From: a virus
Direction: 5' to 3' (one strand)
Length of the DNA: 64,000 nt
IMG/VR virus record: IMGVR_UViG_3300047160_005727
Span: 32,001 to 96,000 of that record
Shown here: positions 55,807 through 64,000 of the stretch, in pieces
Layout of the letters: the number at the start of each line of letters is the position of its first letter
How positions within the stretch are numbered: position 1 is the first letter of the stretch
Made by a program: the position numbers and the translations under genes
Notes under the pieces: generated by a model
The model's input: only the letters and a program-made list of their open reading frames with translations
Database searches by the model: none
What the model was told of the DNA's origin: nothing

Positions 55807-57504
55807 ATGGCTGACATTCTTGATGTCCTGGATCTATCGACGGTCGACCCGGCCCTCGTGGCCCAGGTGCAGTCGCAGCTCTCCGAGCGGATGGCCGAGC
55901 AGTTCCCCGAGCTGGAGACCAAGCGCGGGGTGATCCATGACATCGTCCTCTACCTGACGGCGATCCTGGGTGCCGAGCAGCGAACCCGCATGGAGCTGCT
56001 ACGCGAGTCGTCCAGTCTACAGGCGATCTCCCAGAACCCGCAGCTGAGTGATGACACGATCGTCGATGTGGCACTATCCAACTTCCGGATCACCCGCGAG
56101 CCCGGTACAGCTGCCTCCGGTACGATCACCATCGTCCTCAACGCCCTGGTACCGGTCGTCATACCGGCTGATAACCAGTTCTCGTCCGGCGGCATCATCT
56201 TCACACCAGGTCTGGCCTATGCTGCACGGCTCAGTGCCGACACGGCCACCACGGCCACAGATCGTGTGCTTCGTCCAGTTGGCGACGGCACCTACGCCTT
56301 CTCGATCCCGGTGACTGCTCAGGATACGGGCTCGGCCGGCATGCTGCGCCGCGGGGCCGGACTGACCACTCTCGACCCGATCCCTTACTTCAACCGGGCG
56401 TTTGCCGAGAGTGACTTCACGGGCGGCTTCGACCCCGAGACCAATGCCGAGATGATCGCCCGGCTTCAAAGCGGCCTGGCAGCTCAAGCATGGTCGAACC
56501 GGGTCACGATCGACGCTTCGATCCGGGCTATGCCCGAGTTCGCCCGCATCCTTCAGATGTCGATCATCGGCGCTGGTGACGCCGAGATGCTCCGCGACAA
56601 GCACACCATCATGCCGATCGCCAACTTCGGCCGGGTGGATCTCTACGTGCGCACCCAGGACCTGCCGTTATCGCAGGCCATCTACGATCCGCCGACGTCG
56701 AGTGTGCCGGCACCTACGACGAAGACAGCCACGCTGATCCAGAAGACCGCCGAGGGCGGGATCTGGCAGTTCTCGATCGGCTCGGCTGATGCTCCCGGCT
56801 TCTACCAGGTCGATCGGGTCGGGCCGATCCAGACGGCACAGGATGATGCCGGCTACGAAGTGATCGGCGATGTACGCGGGATAGATCTCAACTATCCCGG
56901 CTTCGTGCCCGATATCGTCCTACCGATCGAGGCCGTCTACAGCCGTTACCAGGCGGCGACGATCCAGTTTCTGGACACGGATACGCCGGTTGCCAACCTG
57001 GTCGAGAACGAGTCCACGGCTGCTTACTACGTCACGGTGCTGGGCATGCCGCTGATCGCTGAGCTGCAAGACACCGTCTCCGGGCGCTCGTTCGGCGCCC
57101 CGGCTGGCGATGCACTGGCCAAGGCCCCGATACCGTGCTTCCTGACCATTAGCTTCAACATCAACAAGCGGGCCTCGGTCGTCGTCGATCAGCCGACCAT
57201 CGACGGCATCTGCATCAGTGTGGCCCAGCTGGTCAACTCGCTAGGCTTTCCCGGGCAGCTCTACGCCAGTCTGATATCCGACCTGGTTCAGCAGCAGCTT
57301 CCCGATGGTGCCTACCTCGGGGCCATCGATATGTTCGGCACCATCCGGCGGCCAGATGGTTCCTTGCGGCGAATTCGCAGCACCGAAGTCCTGGTGATCC
57401 CTGACGAGCCCAGTCTCATGGTCACGCCGCGTACCGTGGCCTTCATACTCGATCCCCTTGCCGTCGGCGTATCAGTCATCGACGCGGATATGCCCGACAT
57501 TTAA
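55807..57504 (+). CDS. baseplate J/gp6-like wedge protein
   Basis: ITREPGTAASGTI, VTAQDTGSAG, FTGGFDPETNAEM..R and GRVDLYV. Confidence 0.85.
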   Translation: MADILDVLDLSTVDPALVAQVQSQLSERMAEQFPELETKRGVIHDIVLYLTAILGAEQRTRMELLRESSSLQAISQNPQLSDDTIVDVALSNFRITREPGTAASGTITIVLNALVPVVIPADNQFSSGGIIFTPGLAYAARLSADTATTATDRVLRPVGDGTYAFSIPVTAQDTGSAGMLRRGAGLTTLDPIPYFNRAFAESDFTGGFDPETNAEMIARLQSGLAAQAWSNRVTIDASIRAMPEFARILQMSIIGAGDAEMLRDKHTIMPIANFGRVDLYVRTQDLPLSQAIYDPPTSSVPAPTTKTATLIQKTAEGGIWQFSIGSADAPGFYQVDRVGPIQTAQDDAGYEVIGDVRGIDLNYPGFVPDIVLPIEAVYSRYQAATIQFLDTDTPVANLVENESTAAYYVTVLGMPLIAELQDTVSGRSFGAPAGDALAKAPIPCFLTISFNINKRASVVVDQPTIDGICISVAQLVNSLGFPGQLYASLISDLVQQQLPDGAYLGAIDMFGTIRRPDGSLRRIRSTEVLVIPDEPSLMVTPRTVAFILDPLAVGVSVIDADMPDI

Positions 57505-57518
57505 CCCGAGGAGGAGTC

Positions 57519-58004
57519 ATGAAGACGATCCATGCTCTCCAGAGTCGGCGTAAACATATCCGTGACTTCATCACCAAACTACTGGAGGCTCATTTCGACC
57601 CCGATACAACCAGGCCAACATTGGGCGGCCTGGCTGGTTGTCTGACCGACGAAGAGCCTGATAACTTGCCTCGCGACGAGGAGCTGGTCATCGAACCTTC
57701 ACCTCAGTTGCCGCACCCGACCGGCATACTGCGCCGTAACGGTGGCAACGATATCTGGGCCCACTTGGCCGACACAGAATACTACCTGCACATTCCGCAC
57801 GATCTCGTAGTCCGCTACAAGTTCGAGGTGTCCGGCGACTATGTGGCACTGGTCATTCATTCGGTATCACGGCTCGCGGGGCTAGAACTCTCCAAGGACT
57901 TCTCTGAAGTTCCAGTCGATCGAATGATCATCGAGCCGCCGTTGGTTGTGATGCTTACGCCTGATCAATACAACTGCGAGGATGTCGAGATCGAGATCCC
58001 ATGA
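57519..58004 (+). CDS. hypothetical protein inserted in the baseplate operon
   Basis: GAGGAG SD. Codon usage less GC3-biased than neighbours. Confidence 0.65.
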   Translation: MKTIHALQSRRKHIRDFITKLLEAHFDPDTTRPTLGGLAGCLTDEEPDNLPRDEELVIEPSPQLPHPTGILRRNGGNDIWAHLADTEYYLHIPHDLVVRYKFEVSGDYVALVIHSVSRLAGLELSKDFSEVPVDRMIIEPPLVVMLTPDQYNCEDVEIEIP

Positions 58005-59533
58005 CTTACACGTACGTCGACAGTGATCTGCACAACTCCCGCAAGCTCCTGAGCCTGTTGGGCAGCTTCTGGTCGAGCCTGTTCCTGGGCGTCGATCAGG
58101 TTCAGGAACACTGCGTCGGTGTTGGCGAGGCCGGCTATCAGGCCAGCATCGACCTGGCGGAGACGATCCATTCCGTCGGTCGCCCCACCGTGCCCGTCTT
58201 TCATACCGAGCAGTGGTATTCCTATCCGGTCCTCAAGTCCGAGATGGGTGTTGCCCCGGTGCTCTACGGCGGCCAAGGCTCCGGGCTCTTCGGCGGCGGC
58301 CTGAGCTATGGCTCAAGCGTGGCGCCGGTGTACTCGTGGAACTGCCCGGTTGCCAACGTCGATCTGATCTTCAACCGGATCTACGACCCGTCGGCCACGT
58401 TCACCCGCGGGCTGGACTTCGTCATCGATAGCGGGCGGCTCGTCTTTCTCGCCAACCCTTTCGAGGATGCCCGGTTCATCCCCGAGCCCGTTCTGGACAG
58501 CATGGGCCAGGAGATCGATAGCCAGCTAACCCTGTGGTTGTTCCGGCCCGCTGTCGACTATCAGCACATCTGGACCCAGTTCGGCTACATCATGGGTATC
58601 CGGCTGGACTCGTCCCAGGAATACAAAGACCTGATCAATGCCTTGCTGGATGCGATCACCGGCTGCACTGCGACCGAACAGCTCGATGAAGTCCTGGCGG
58701 CCGTGACCGGCTGTCCGCTGGCGCGCGGCAATGAGGTTGTTCAGGATGTCACCCTCTTCGCCAATGACTTGCTGGTGATCACCGATCAGTGGGCTTATCG
58801 CTACCCGACGACAGCCAACCCAGTGGTTCAGATCGGCGACAAAGTCGAGCAGGGCGACTCGCTCGTCGATACGGTCGAGACCTGGTACCTGAACCACGGC
58901 ACTGTTCCGGACTGGCTGTACGCGCTTTCGCTTGGTCCGGGTCTGCTCTCGACCGGCTACCTGTCTGATCTCACGTTCAGCAATACCGAGACGCCACTGG
59001 TCGTCGAGATGGCTGACGATGGCTATACCAAGGTCAGCTGGGCTCTGGGTGGGTTCCCTGCCGACGTGACCGAGTTCTGGAACGAAGTCCATCGCCGGGG
59101 TGTGAGCAGCGGTACGACCCTGGCCCATCTGCTCGATCTCCGGGAGTCGCCGATCGGTGAGCCGGGGCCGGACAGCTTGCCTTCGGCGATCAACCCACTG
59201 ACGTTCTTGGCTGCCAACTACTTGCGGCATAACGCTTTGCTTGTCAGGATCAAGACCGGCGGGTTCGGCGAGGGGGCGCTGGGCCTGGCACAGCTCAGAC
59301 ATCTCCGGCGGATCATACCACCACACGAGATGATCCTGATCGTGATGGAAATGCCGGTCGTGGAGGACTCTGTTATAGTGGACGGCGTCGACGGGCTTGT
59401 TGATGAAACGCTATTGTCCTACAGTGCCGGTGAGCCGTTCTATGAGCCAGCTGATCCTAGTCTTAATGTGGGTGACGGTCCTTCCATCGCTTCTATTATT
59501 CTGGGCACCTGCTACTCGGAGGCTGACTGGTGA
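58001..59533 (+). CDS. baseplate wedge protein (gpI/gp7-like, inferred)
   Basis: Follows the J-like gene. FGYIMG....S..YK.LINAL and RRIIPPH motifs. Confidence 0.6.
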   Translation: MTYTYVDSDLHNSRKLLSLLGSFWSSLFLGVDQVQEHCVGVGEAGYQASIDLAETIHSVGRPTVPVFHTEQWYSYPVLKSEMGVAPVLYGGQGSGLFGGGLSYGSSVAPVYSWNCPVANVDLIFNRIYDPSATFTRGLDFVIDSGRLVFLANPFEDARFIPEPVLDSMGQEIDSQLTLWLFRPAVDYQHIWTQFGYIMGIRLDSSQEYKDLINALLDAITGCTATEQLDEVLAAVTGCPLARGNEVVQDVTLFANDLLVITDQWAYRYPTTANPVVQIGDKVEQGDSLVDTVETWYLNHGTVPDWLYALSLGPGLLSTGYLSDLTFSNTETPLVVEMADDGYTKVSWALGGFPADVTEFWNEVHRRGVSSGTTLAHLLDLRESPIGEPGPDSLPSAINPLTFLAANYLRHNALLVRIKTGGFGEGALGLAQLRHLRRIIPPHEMILIVMEMPVVEDSVIVDGVDGLVDETLLSYSAGEPFYEPADPSLNVGDGPSIASIILGTCYSEADW

Positions 59534-59778
59534 AGACGACGCCCGGCATACCACGAACCAGGCAGCTGTTCCGTGAGATCGGTCCTGGCACGAACTTTCA
59601 GGCCGAATGGCACGGGAAGGTGGCCGACTACCTGACCACAGACCTGATCCGAGCCGCACCGGATAGCAGTAAGCCATGGGACCGTCGTGCAGCGGTCAAC
59701 CTGGAAACCGGTGAGACTGTATGGTTTGCCGACGATCAGACAGTTACACCCACGATCATGCAAGCTGGCCCAGCCTGA
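59530..59778 (+). CDS. small hypothetical protein
   Basis: GTGA overlap, GGAGG SD. Confidence 0.55.
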   Translation: MKTTPGIPRTRQLFREIGPGTNFQAEWHGKVADYLTTDLIRAAPDSSKPWDRRAAVNLETGETVWFADDQTVTPTIMQAGPA

Positions 59779-59805
59779 CGAACATTCAGCAAGGATGCAA
59801 CGCAC

Positions 59806-60402
59806 ATGGATGGACCCATCGCTTCCGGCCAGCACATGGCCTTCCACGTCGATGATAAGACGGGGCTCTGGACCCCAAGGCAGAAGCTGTTCACACCCAA
59901 CACGCTTCTGTATACCTGGGGCAACATCGTCTCGCGCTGCTGCGGGATGGGCGACATGGCATACAAGGTGTCGGTGATGTACCTGGAGTTCGAGAACAAC
60001 AGCGACGGTGGGCCGATCTCGGTCCCGTCGTTCAACCGCGAAGACGGCATCGAGTACTACAACAACTTGTCATCCAACCCGTGGCGCGACTATCTCCGGG
60101 TGCCGATCAGACCCTACCCGGACATCGTCGTTGCTCCGGGGTTTGAGCAGTATCTCGACCCGGACGAGGGCAACTGCTGTGTCTTCTTCGCTCAAAGCCA
60201 GGGCTCATTCGGTGTGCATGGCGTCGCCTTCTCCGATGGTGTGCACTCGATAGTTTACGGGGTGGCCTTGGCGGCTGCGCCGGTCACCAACGATCCGACT
60301 CAAGATGTACTGTTCGCCAGAAGTTACTACCAGTCAGAGAACCAGGTTCCCAAGGTGCCCTCGGGTCAGATCGGCGTCCAGTATCCGATGACCTTCAAGT
60401 GA
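59806..60402 (+). CDS. putative baseplate/tail-fibre attachment protein
   Basis: Located after the wedge genes. C-terminal VLFARSY...K....IGVQY. Confidence 0.55.
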   Translation: MDGPIASGQHMAFHVDDKTGLWTPRQKLFTPNTLLYTWGNIVSRCCGMGDMAYKVSVMYLEFENNSDGGPISVPSFNREDGIEYYNNLSSNPWRDYLRVPIRPYPDIVVAPGFEQYLDPDEGNCCVFFAQSQGSFGVHGVAFSDGVHSIVYGVALAAAPVTNDPTQDVLFARSYYQSENQVPKVPSGQIGVQYPMTFK

Positions 60403-60419
60403 GCCCAAGGAGGGGTCTT

Positions 60420-62270
60420 ATGCCCGGCGGCGTATGGATCAACCGGATCCGGCACGTCAGTGATGGTGAGGCGGTCAATGGCGCCATCGACAGCCGGCCA
60501 ACCCGCGCTCTCGAGGGTAACGGCCAGTACCTGAAGGATCGCATCGACTCGGCCGAGCTGGGTGAAGCTGTCTGTGCGTACGGCGAGACGGTCGAACCCG
60601 ATGCCCTAGTCGGCATGGCCGTCTACCGCAACAACGTCACCGCCCGCTACGAGCGAGCCCTGGCCGCCGTCACGACGGATCGGAAGTCCGGGACGCTTGT
60701 GCCTGCACCATCGTCAGACTGCATCGGCATTGTCGTCTTCAAGTGGAACGCCACCAAGGCCGACATCCTGCTGGCTGGCCGGCGGACTGTCGACATCTCG
60801 CAAGCTGTCGCCTACGCTTCCCCGCCCAACAGCGCCCCGCCAGGCCGGTACTATCTCTCCGCAGCAACGCCTGGCATGCTCGTCCAGCAGAAGCCGCCAG
60901 TCTCGGTCTCGGTACTGGTCTACACCGATGACGGCATCGCGATCGTCCAGCCGATCCAGCGCGACTTCATGGAAGATCACATCCACTACAGGTTCCGGCT
61001 GTATTCGCAGCCAGCCGGGTTGCGGAGCCTTGTCGATGGCGGCATCGTTTCGATCGACACGCCTGACGTGACTAAGTATGGCTGGCTGCCGGTCGACCAC
61101 TTCGATAGCAGCATCGTGCCGACTGGGGCGGTCTTCGGCTACAACCTGGCCACCCATCCCGAGCTGGCCCGGGTCTTCCCGCCGATCCCGCCGGACGCGG
61201 CTGCCATCTTTCTCGACCGCGGTCAGAACCACGCAGGCGGTACACTGATACCGATGGGCCCCGGTGGCCTATGCATCGTCGATCGCAATGGCATCTGGTG
61301 GATGAGCGACTGTGCGGGCGATGCCCCCTGGCCTGATGCCTGGGTCGCCAGCGATCCTCAGATCCCACCACTGACGTATGATCCGCCGCCGCTGGTAGCT
61401 ACGGACCCACCCGAATGTCCTCGCGCGGAAGAGTTCAAGATCATCCTGTCCTACACTGTGATGGTCTTCACCACCGAGAAGACGGTGGTGACCAGCCTGC
61501 GGCCGGCACCGAACAGTCCGCTGGTCTTCACCAACTGTGACGGTCAGGATGCGACGACCGGCGACCTGTGTGCCGATCTCGACCTGGCATTCCTGGTGGA
61601 TACCTCCGAGATGATCCCGGGCTGCGTGGTCTTCAAGGAGCTGGATAACGAGACCTTCAAGCAGGGCTACGTCGTCGAGGGGCTGAAGCAAGGTCTGGGC
61701 TGCTCTCTCATATCACTCAGCGGTCTGGTCACGCCCGATGGTATCTATCAGGGGGTCGTTGAGGTCACGCTGGATACCTCGTCCGGCGAGCGCGAGCTAC
61801 CAGCCGATCTGATCCGCCTGGCACAGACTCAAGAACGGTTTCACCTGGACATCCCGTATATCGGCTTCGACCCTGGCCGCGATACCAGCCTGCGGATGCG
61901 GTTCTACGTACCGACCGACGGCATACCAGACAGCTCCCAGGTGGCGATCCGGATGCAGCTCCTGGGGCGAGCCGGCGCTACACTGCCATCGCTGGGGTTG
62001 AGCTACCGCAAGTTGCAACGACCGCCACTGCCGCCATGGACACCGGTCAACCTACCGGGACTGGCCGCCGAGGTCCCATTGGCCATCGATACCGCCAAGC
62101 CAGTCGGCGTCGACCAGTACATCGAGGTTCAGAGCACTGATCAGATCCCAGTGGTAAAGGGCGACACGATCCTTGTCACCCTGACTCGGCTTTCTACCGA
62201 CGGTTATGTCGGCGAGGTCGGACTTATGCGGCCGGTCGGTGTCCTGACAAGCACGACATCGGGAGCATGA
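60420..62270 (+). CDS. putative tail fibre/baseplate peripheral protein
   Basis: AGGAGG SD. N-terminal DGE.V....SRP...LE.N.QYLK..ID, typical of fibre N-termini. YYLS..TPG.L. Confidence 0.65.
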   Translation: MPGGVWINRIRHVSDGEAVNGAIDSRPTRALEGNGQYLKDRIDSAELGEAVCAYGETVEPDALVGMAVYRNNVTARYERALAAVTTDRKSGTLVPAPSSDCIGIVVFKWNATKADILLAGRRTVDISQAVAYASPPNSAPPGRYYLSAATPGMLVQQKPPVSVSVLVYTDDGIAIVQPIQRDFMEDHIHYRFRLYSQPAGLRSLVDGGIVSIDTPDVTKYGWLPVDHFDSSIVPTGAVFGYNLATHPELARVFPPIPPDAAAIFLDRGQNHAGGTLIPMGPGGLCIVDRNGIWWMSDCAGDAPWPDAWVASDPQIPPLTYDPPPLVATDPPECPRAEEFKIILSYTVMVFTTEKTVVTSLRPAPNSPLVFTNCDGQDATTGDLCADLDLAFLVDTSEMIPGCVVFKELDNETFKQGYVVEGLKQGLGCSLISLSGLVTPDGIYQGVVEVTLDTSSGERELPADLIRLAQTQERFHLDIPYIGFDPGRDTSLRMRFYVPTDGIPDSSQVAIRMQLLGRAGATLPSLGLSYRKLQRPPLPPWTPVNLPGLAAEVPLAIDTAKPVGVDQYIEVQSTDQIPVVKGDTILVTLTRLSTDGYVGEVGLMRPVGVLTSTTSGA

Positions 62271-62271
62271 C

Positions 62272-63219
62272 ATGCCGGTTGGCATCTGGAACCTCGAATG
62301 GTTAAACCATAACTCGCAGCGTTCTTATCCGTTGGCCGAAGATGCCACCAAGACGGATCAGACCGGCACGTTCAAGCTGCCCGATGACTTCATATTGGGG
62401 CTCTACCTGCCCGTCCACGCCGGTCTCGACATCGATGTCGAGAACTTCTTCATCCGCTCGATCTCGGTGTTCGCGACCGGCTACAACATTTCGATCGGCT
62501 ACGACGACGGCACAGGCAACGTGACGGTCGTAGCTACGGCTGTGATCAGCCAAGCTGCCCACACGGCCAACATGTCCTACGCGCTGCCAGGCGTCAACGC
62601 TTTCGATGACACGGTGGGCAAGCTCGTCATCGGCATTCTGGACTCGATCAACCAGCAACCTTCCGGTCAGTTCTTCTTCGACTACGCGGGCGGTAAGCTC
62701 GATGCCGACTGCATCCGGCCGATCATCCGCGGTATCCAGTCGATCCGCACCCTGAACAACGGCGAGCTGAGCGCGCCGATAACCGGGCACGTCATCTTCT
62801 CGGCGGGCTCGAACTTCCAGCTGTCGGTTACCCAGGTGCCGGGTCTGCCGGCCGAGATCCGCTTTGATGCCATCGACGGTGCCGGCCTGACCGAGGACTG
62901 CGCCTGCGAGGATACCACTGTCGGTCCCATCAAGACGATCAACAGTATCGGCCCCGATAGCTACGGCAACTTCACCCTGAACGGCATCAACTGCCTGGAG
63001 ATCCAGAAGATCGACAACGGGATCCAGCTCAATGACACCTGCTCGTCACCGTGCTGTGGCTGTGCTGAGCTGGAGCAGCTCACCAAAGAGATCGAGATGG
63101 TCAGCACCGCCGAGTCGACCCTGGAGAACTTCGTCAACCAGCTAGCGCTCCAGATGACCAACTTCAGTCAGACTGTTTTGGGCTCAAAACTAAACGACAC
63201 TGGGTGCGTGCAGTGTTAA
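62272..63219 (+). CDS. Cys-rich baseplate/fibre-associated protein
   Basis: N..RSYPL, IKTINSIGPD..GNF and CSSPCCGC, then a coiled coil. Confidence 0.7.
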   Translation: MPVGIWNLEWLNHNSQRSYPLAEDATKTDQTGTFKLPDDFILGLYLPVHAGLDIDVENFFIRSISVFATGYNISIGYDDGTGNVTVVATAVISQAAHTANMSYALPGVNAFDDTVGKLVIGILDSINQQPSGQFFFDYAGGKLDADCIRPIIRGIQSIRTLNNGELSAPITGHVIFSAGSNFQLSVTQVPGLPAEIRFDAIDGAGLTEDCACEDTTVGPIKTINSIGPDSYGNFTLNGINCLEIQKIDNGIQLNDTCSSPCCGCAELEQLTKEIEMVSTAESTLENFVNQLALQMTNFSQTVLGSKLNDTGCVQC

Positions 63220-64000
63220 TACTCCCAACCGGCGGTAGAGGCATCGGTGTCGAAGGCAACGGGTCAAATTACCCGTTTGTCCAGCCAAGTGCTGACATCG
63301 TCGGCCTGCTCGCTGATCTCTGGCTGGCCCACGAGTACCGTGACGTCGTGCTGCCGCTGAAGGTTTCCTGGATGGCGGGTTTCCAGGCGGCATTCGACGG
63401 TAACAATACCCGCGTGCAGATCCAGATCACTGACGCTGAGGACACGCCTGTCTTCGACTCGACGGACGTGAACCCGGCGAACTACACCATGAAGGACTGG
63501 GGTGAGCGGCTACGGATCCACGAGTGGTACTACCCACCTAACTCTGTCTGCCGGGTCGTACAGCATCGTGCCGTTCCTGATCCGCCGCCGGCCTGGCCTG
63601 GCTGGCCTGTGCAGATCTATCCCGAAAACGGTGTGCTCGATGAGCGGACCTCGGAGCTGATGCCCGAGCGACTGCTGACCATCCAGGAGAAGAAGAGCGG
63701 TGTCACGGTCGCAGGCGAGATCATCTTCGTCAACGGCTGGAACGTCGAGATCGACAATACGGCTTACCCGGAGCCGCTCCGGAACACGACTGCGATGTCT
63801 TTCAGCGCCAATGCCGGCGGCGGTCCTGGCCGCTACCCCGGCTGCCAGACTCCCGATGTCGTCTTTCGTACGATCAACGGTATACCTCCGGATCCCCGTG
63901 GCAACTTCAACCTCGCGGCCGACGGCTGCTATTACGTTCGGCAACCGGTTGGCGTCGGGACCGACGGCAAGGCCGTGCCGGTACCGGCCTCGCTGGATCT
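63213..64000 (+). CDS. paralog of the preceding protein, 3'-partial (absent from the supplied ORF track)
   Basis: Translated by hand from GTG 63213 and open to the window end. NYPF and FRTINGIPPDPRGNF resemble RSYPL and IKTINSIGPDSYGNF upstream. Confidence 0.75.
   Translation, partial: MLILPTGGRGIGVEGNGSNYPFVQPSADIVGLLADLWLAHEYRDVVLPLKVSWMAGFQAAFDGNNTRVQIQITDAEDTPVFDSTDVNPANYTMKDWGERLRIHEWYYPPNSVCRVVQHRAVPDPPPAWPGWPVQIYPENGVLDERTSELMPERLLTIQEKKSGVTVAGEIIFVNGWNVEIDNTAYPEPLRNTTAMSFSANAGGGPGRYPGCQTPDVVFRTINGIPPDPRGNFNLAADGCYYVRQPVGVGTDGKAVPVPASLD

Noticed and set aside
39269-64000. Stand-alone tailocin or extracellular contractile injection system
   Set aside because: It is contiguous with capsid, protease, scaffold, neck and RNAP genes, which indicates a complete phage.
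1-64000. Alternative genetic code (stop-codon reassignment)
   Set aside because: Genes are long and tightly packed under code 11, and TAA, TAG and TGA all end genes at sensible boundaries.

Overview
This window is a high-GC segment of a large contractile-tailed (myovirus-like, probably jumbo) bacteriophage genome. Almost all genes are on the + strand and use the standard code. From left to right it contains: (i) a regulatory island (655-3140) with three copies of a GCTAAA-N15/16-TGTCATA promoter-like motif, two related structured non-coding RNAs, a degenerate nuclease-fold ORF and an inverted-repeat/iteron element; (ii) a stand-alone C-terminal half of an RNA polymerase beta' subunit; (iii) a head module with an HNH endonuclease, probable internal head proteins, prohead protease, scaffold, decoration protein and major capsid protein, whose proteins are strongly enriched in a K-x-A motif; (iv) a ~16 kb surface/fibre module with a glycosyltransferase-methyltransferase fusion, a LAGLIDADG endonuclease, three paralogous fibre proteins and two long LamG proteins built from 14-aa H-x-T-D repeats; and (v) neck, sheath, tube, spike, chaperones, tape measure and baseplate genes, with a sigma70-family factor embedded among the baseplate genes. 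No terminase, portal, tRNA or CRISPR array was recognised. All product calls come from motif recognition and gene order by eye, not from database searches.
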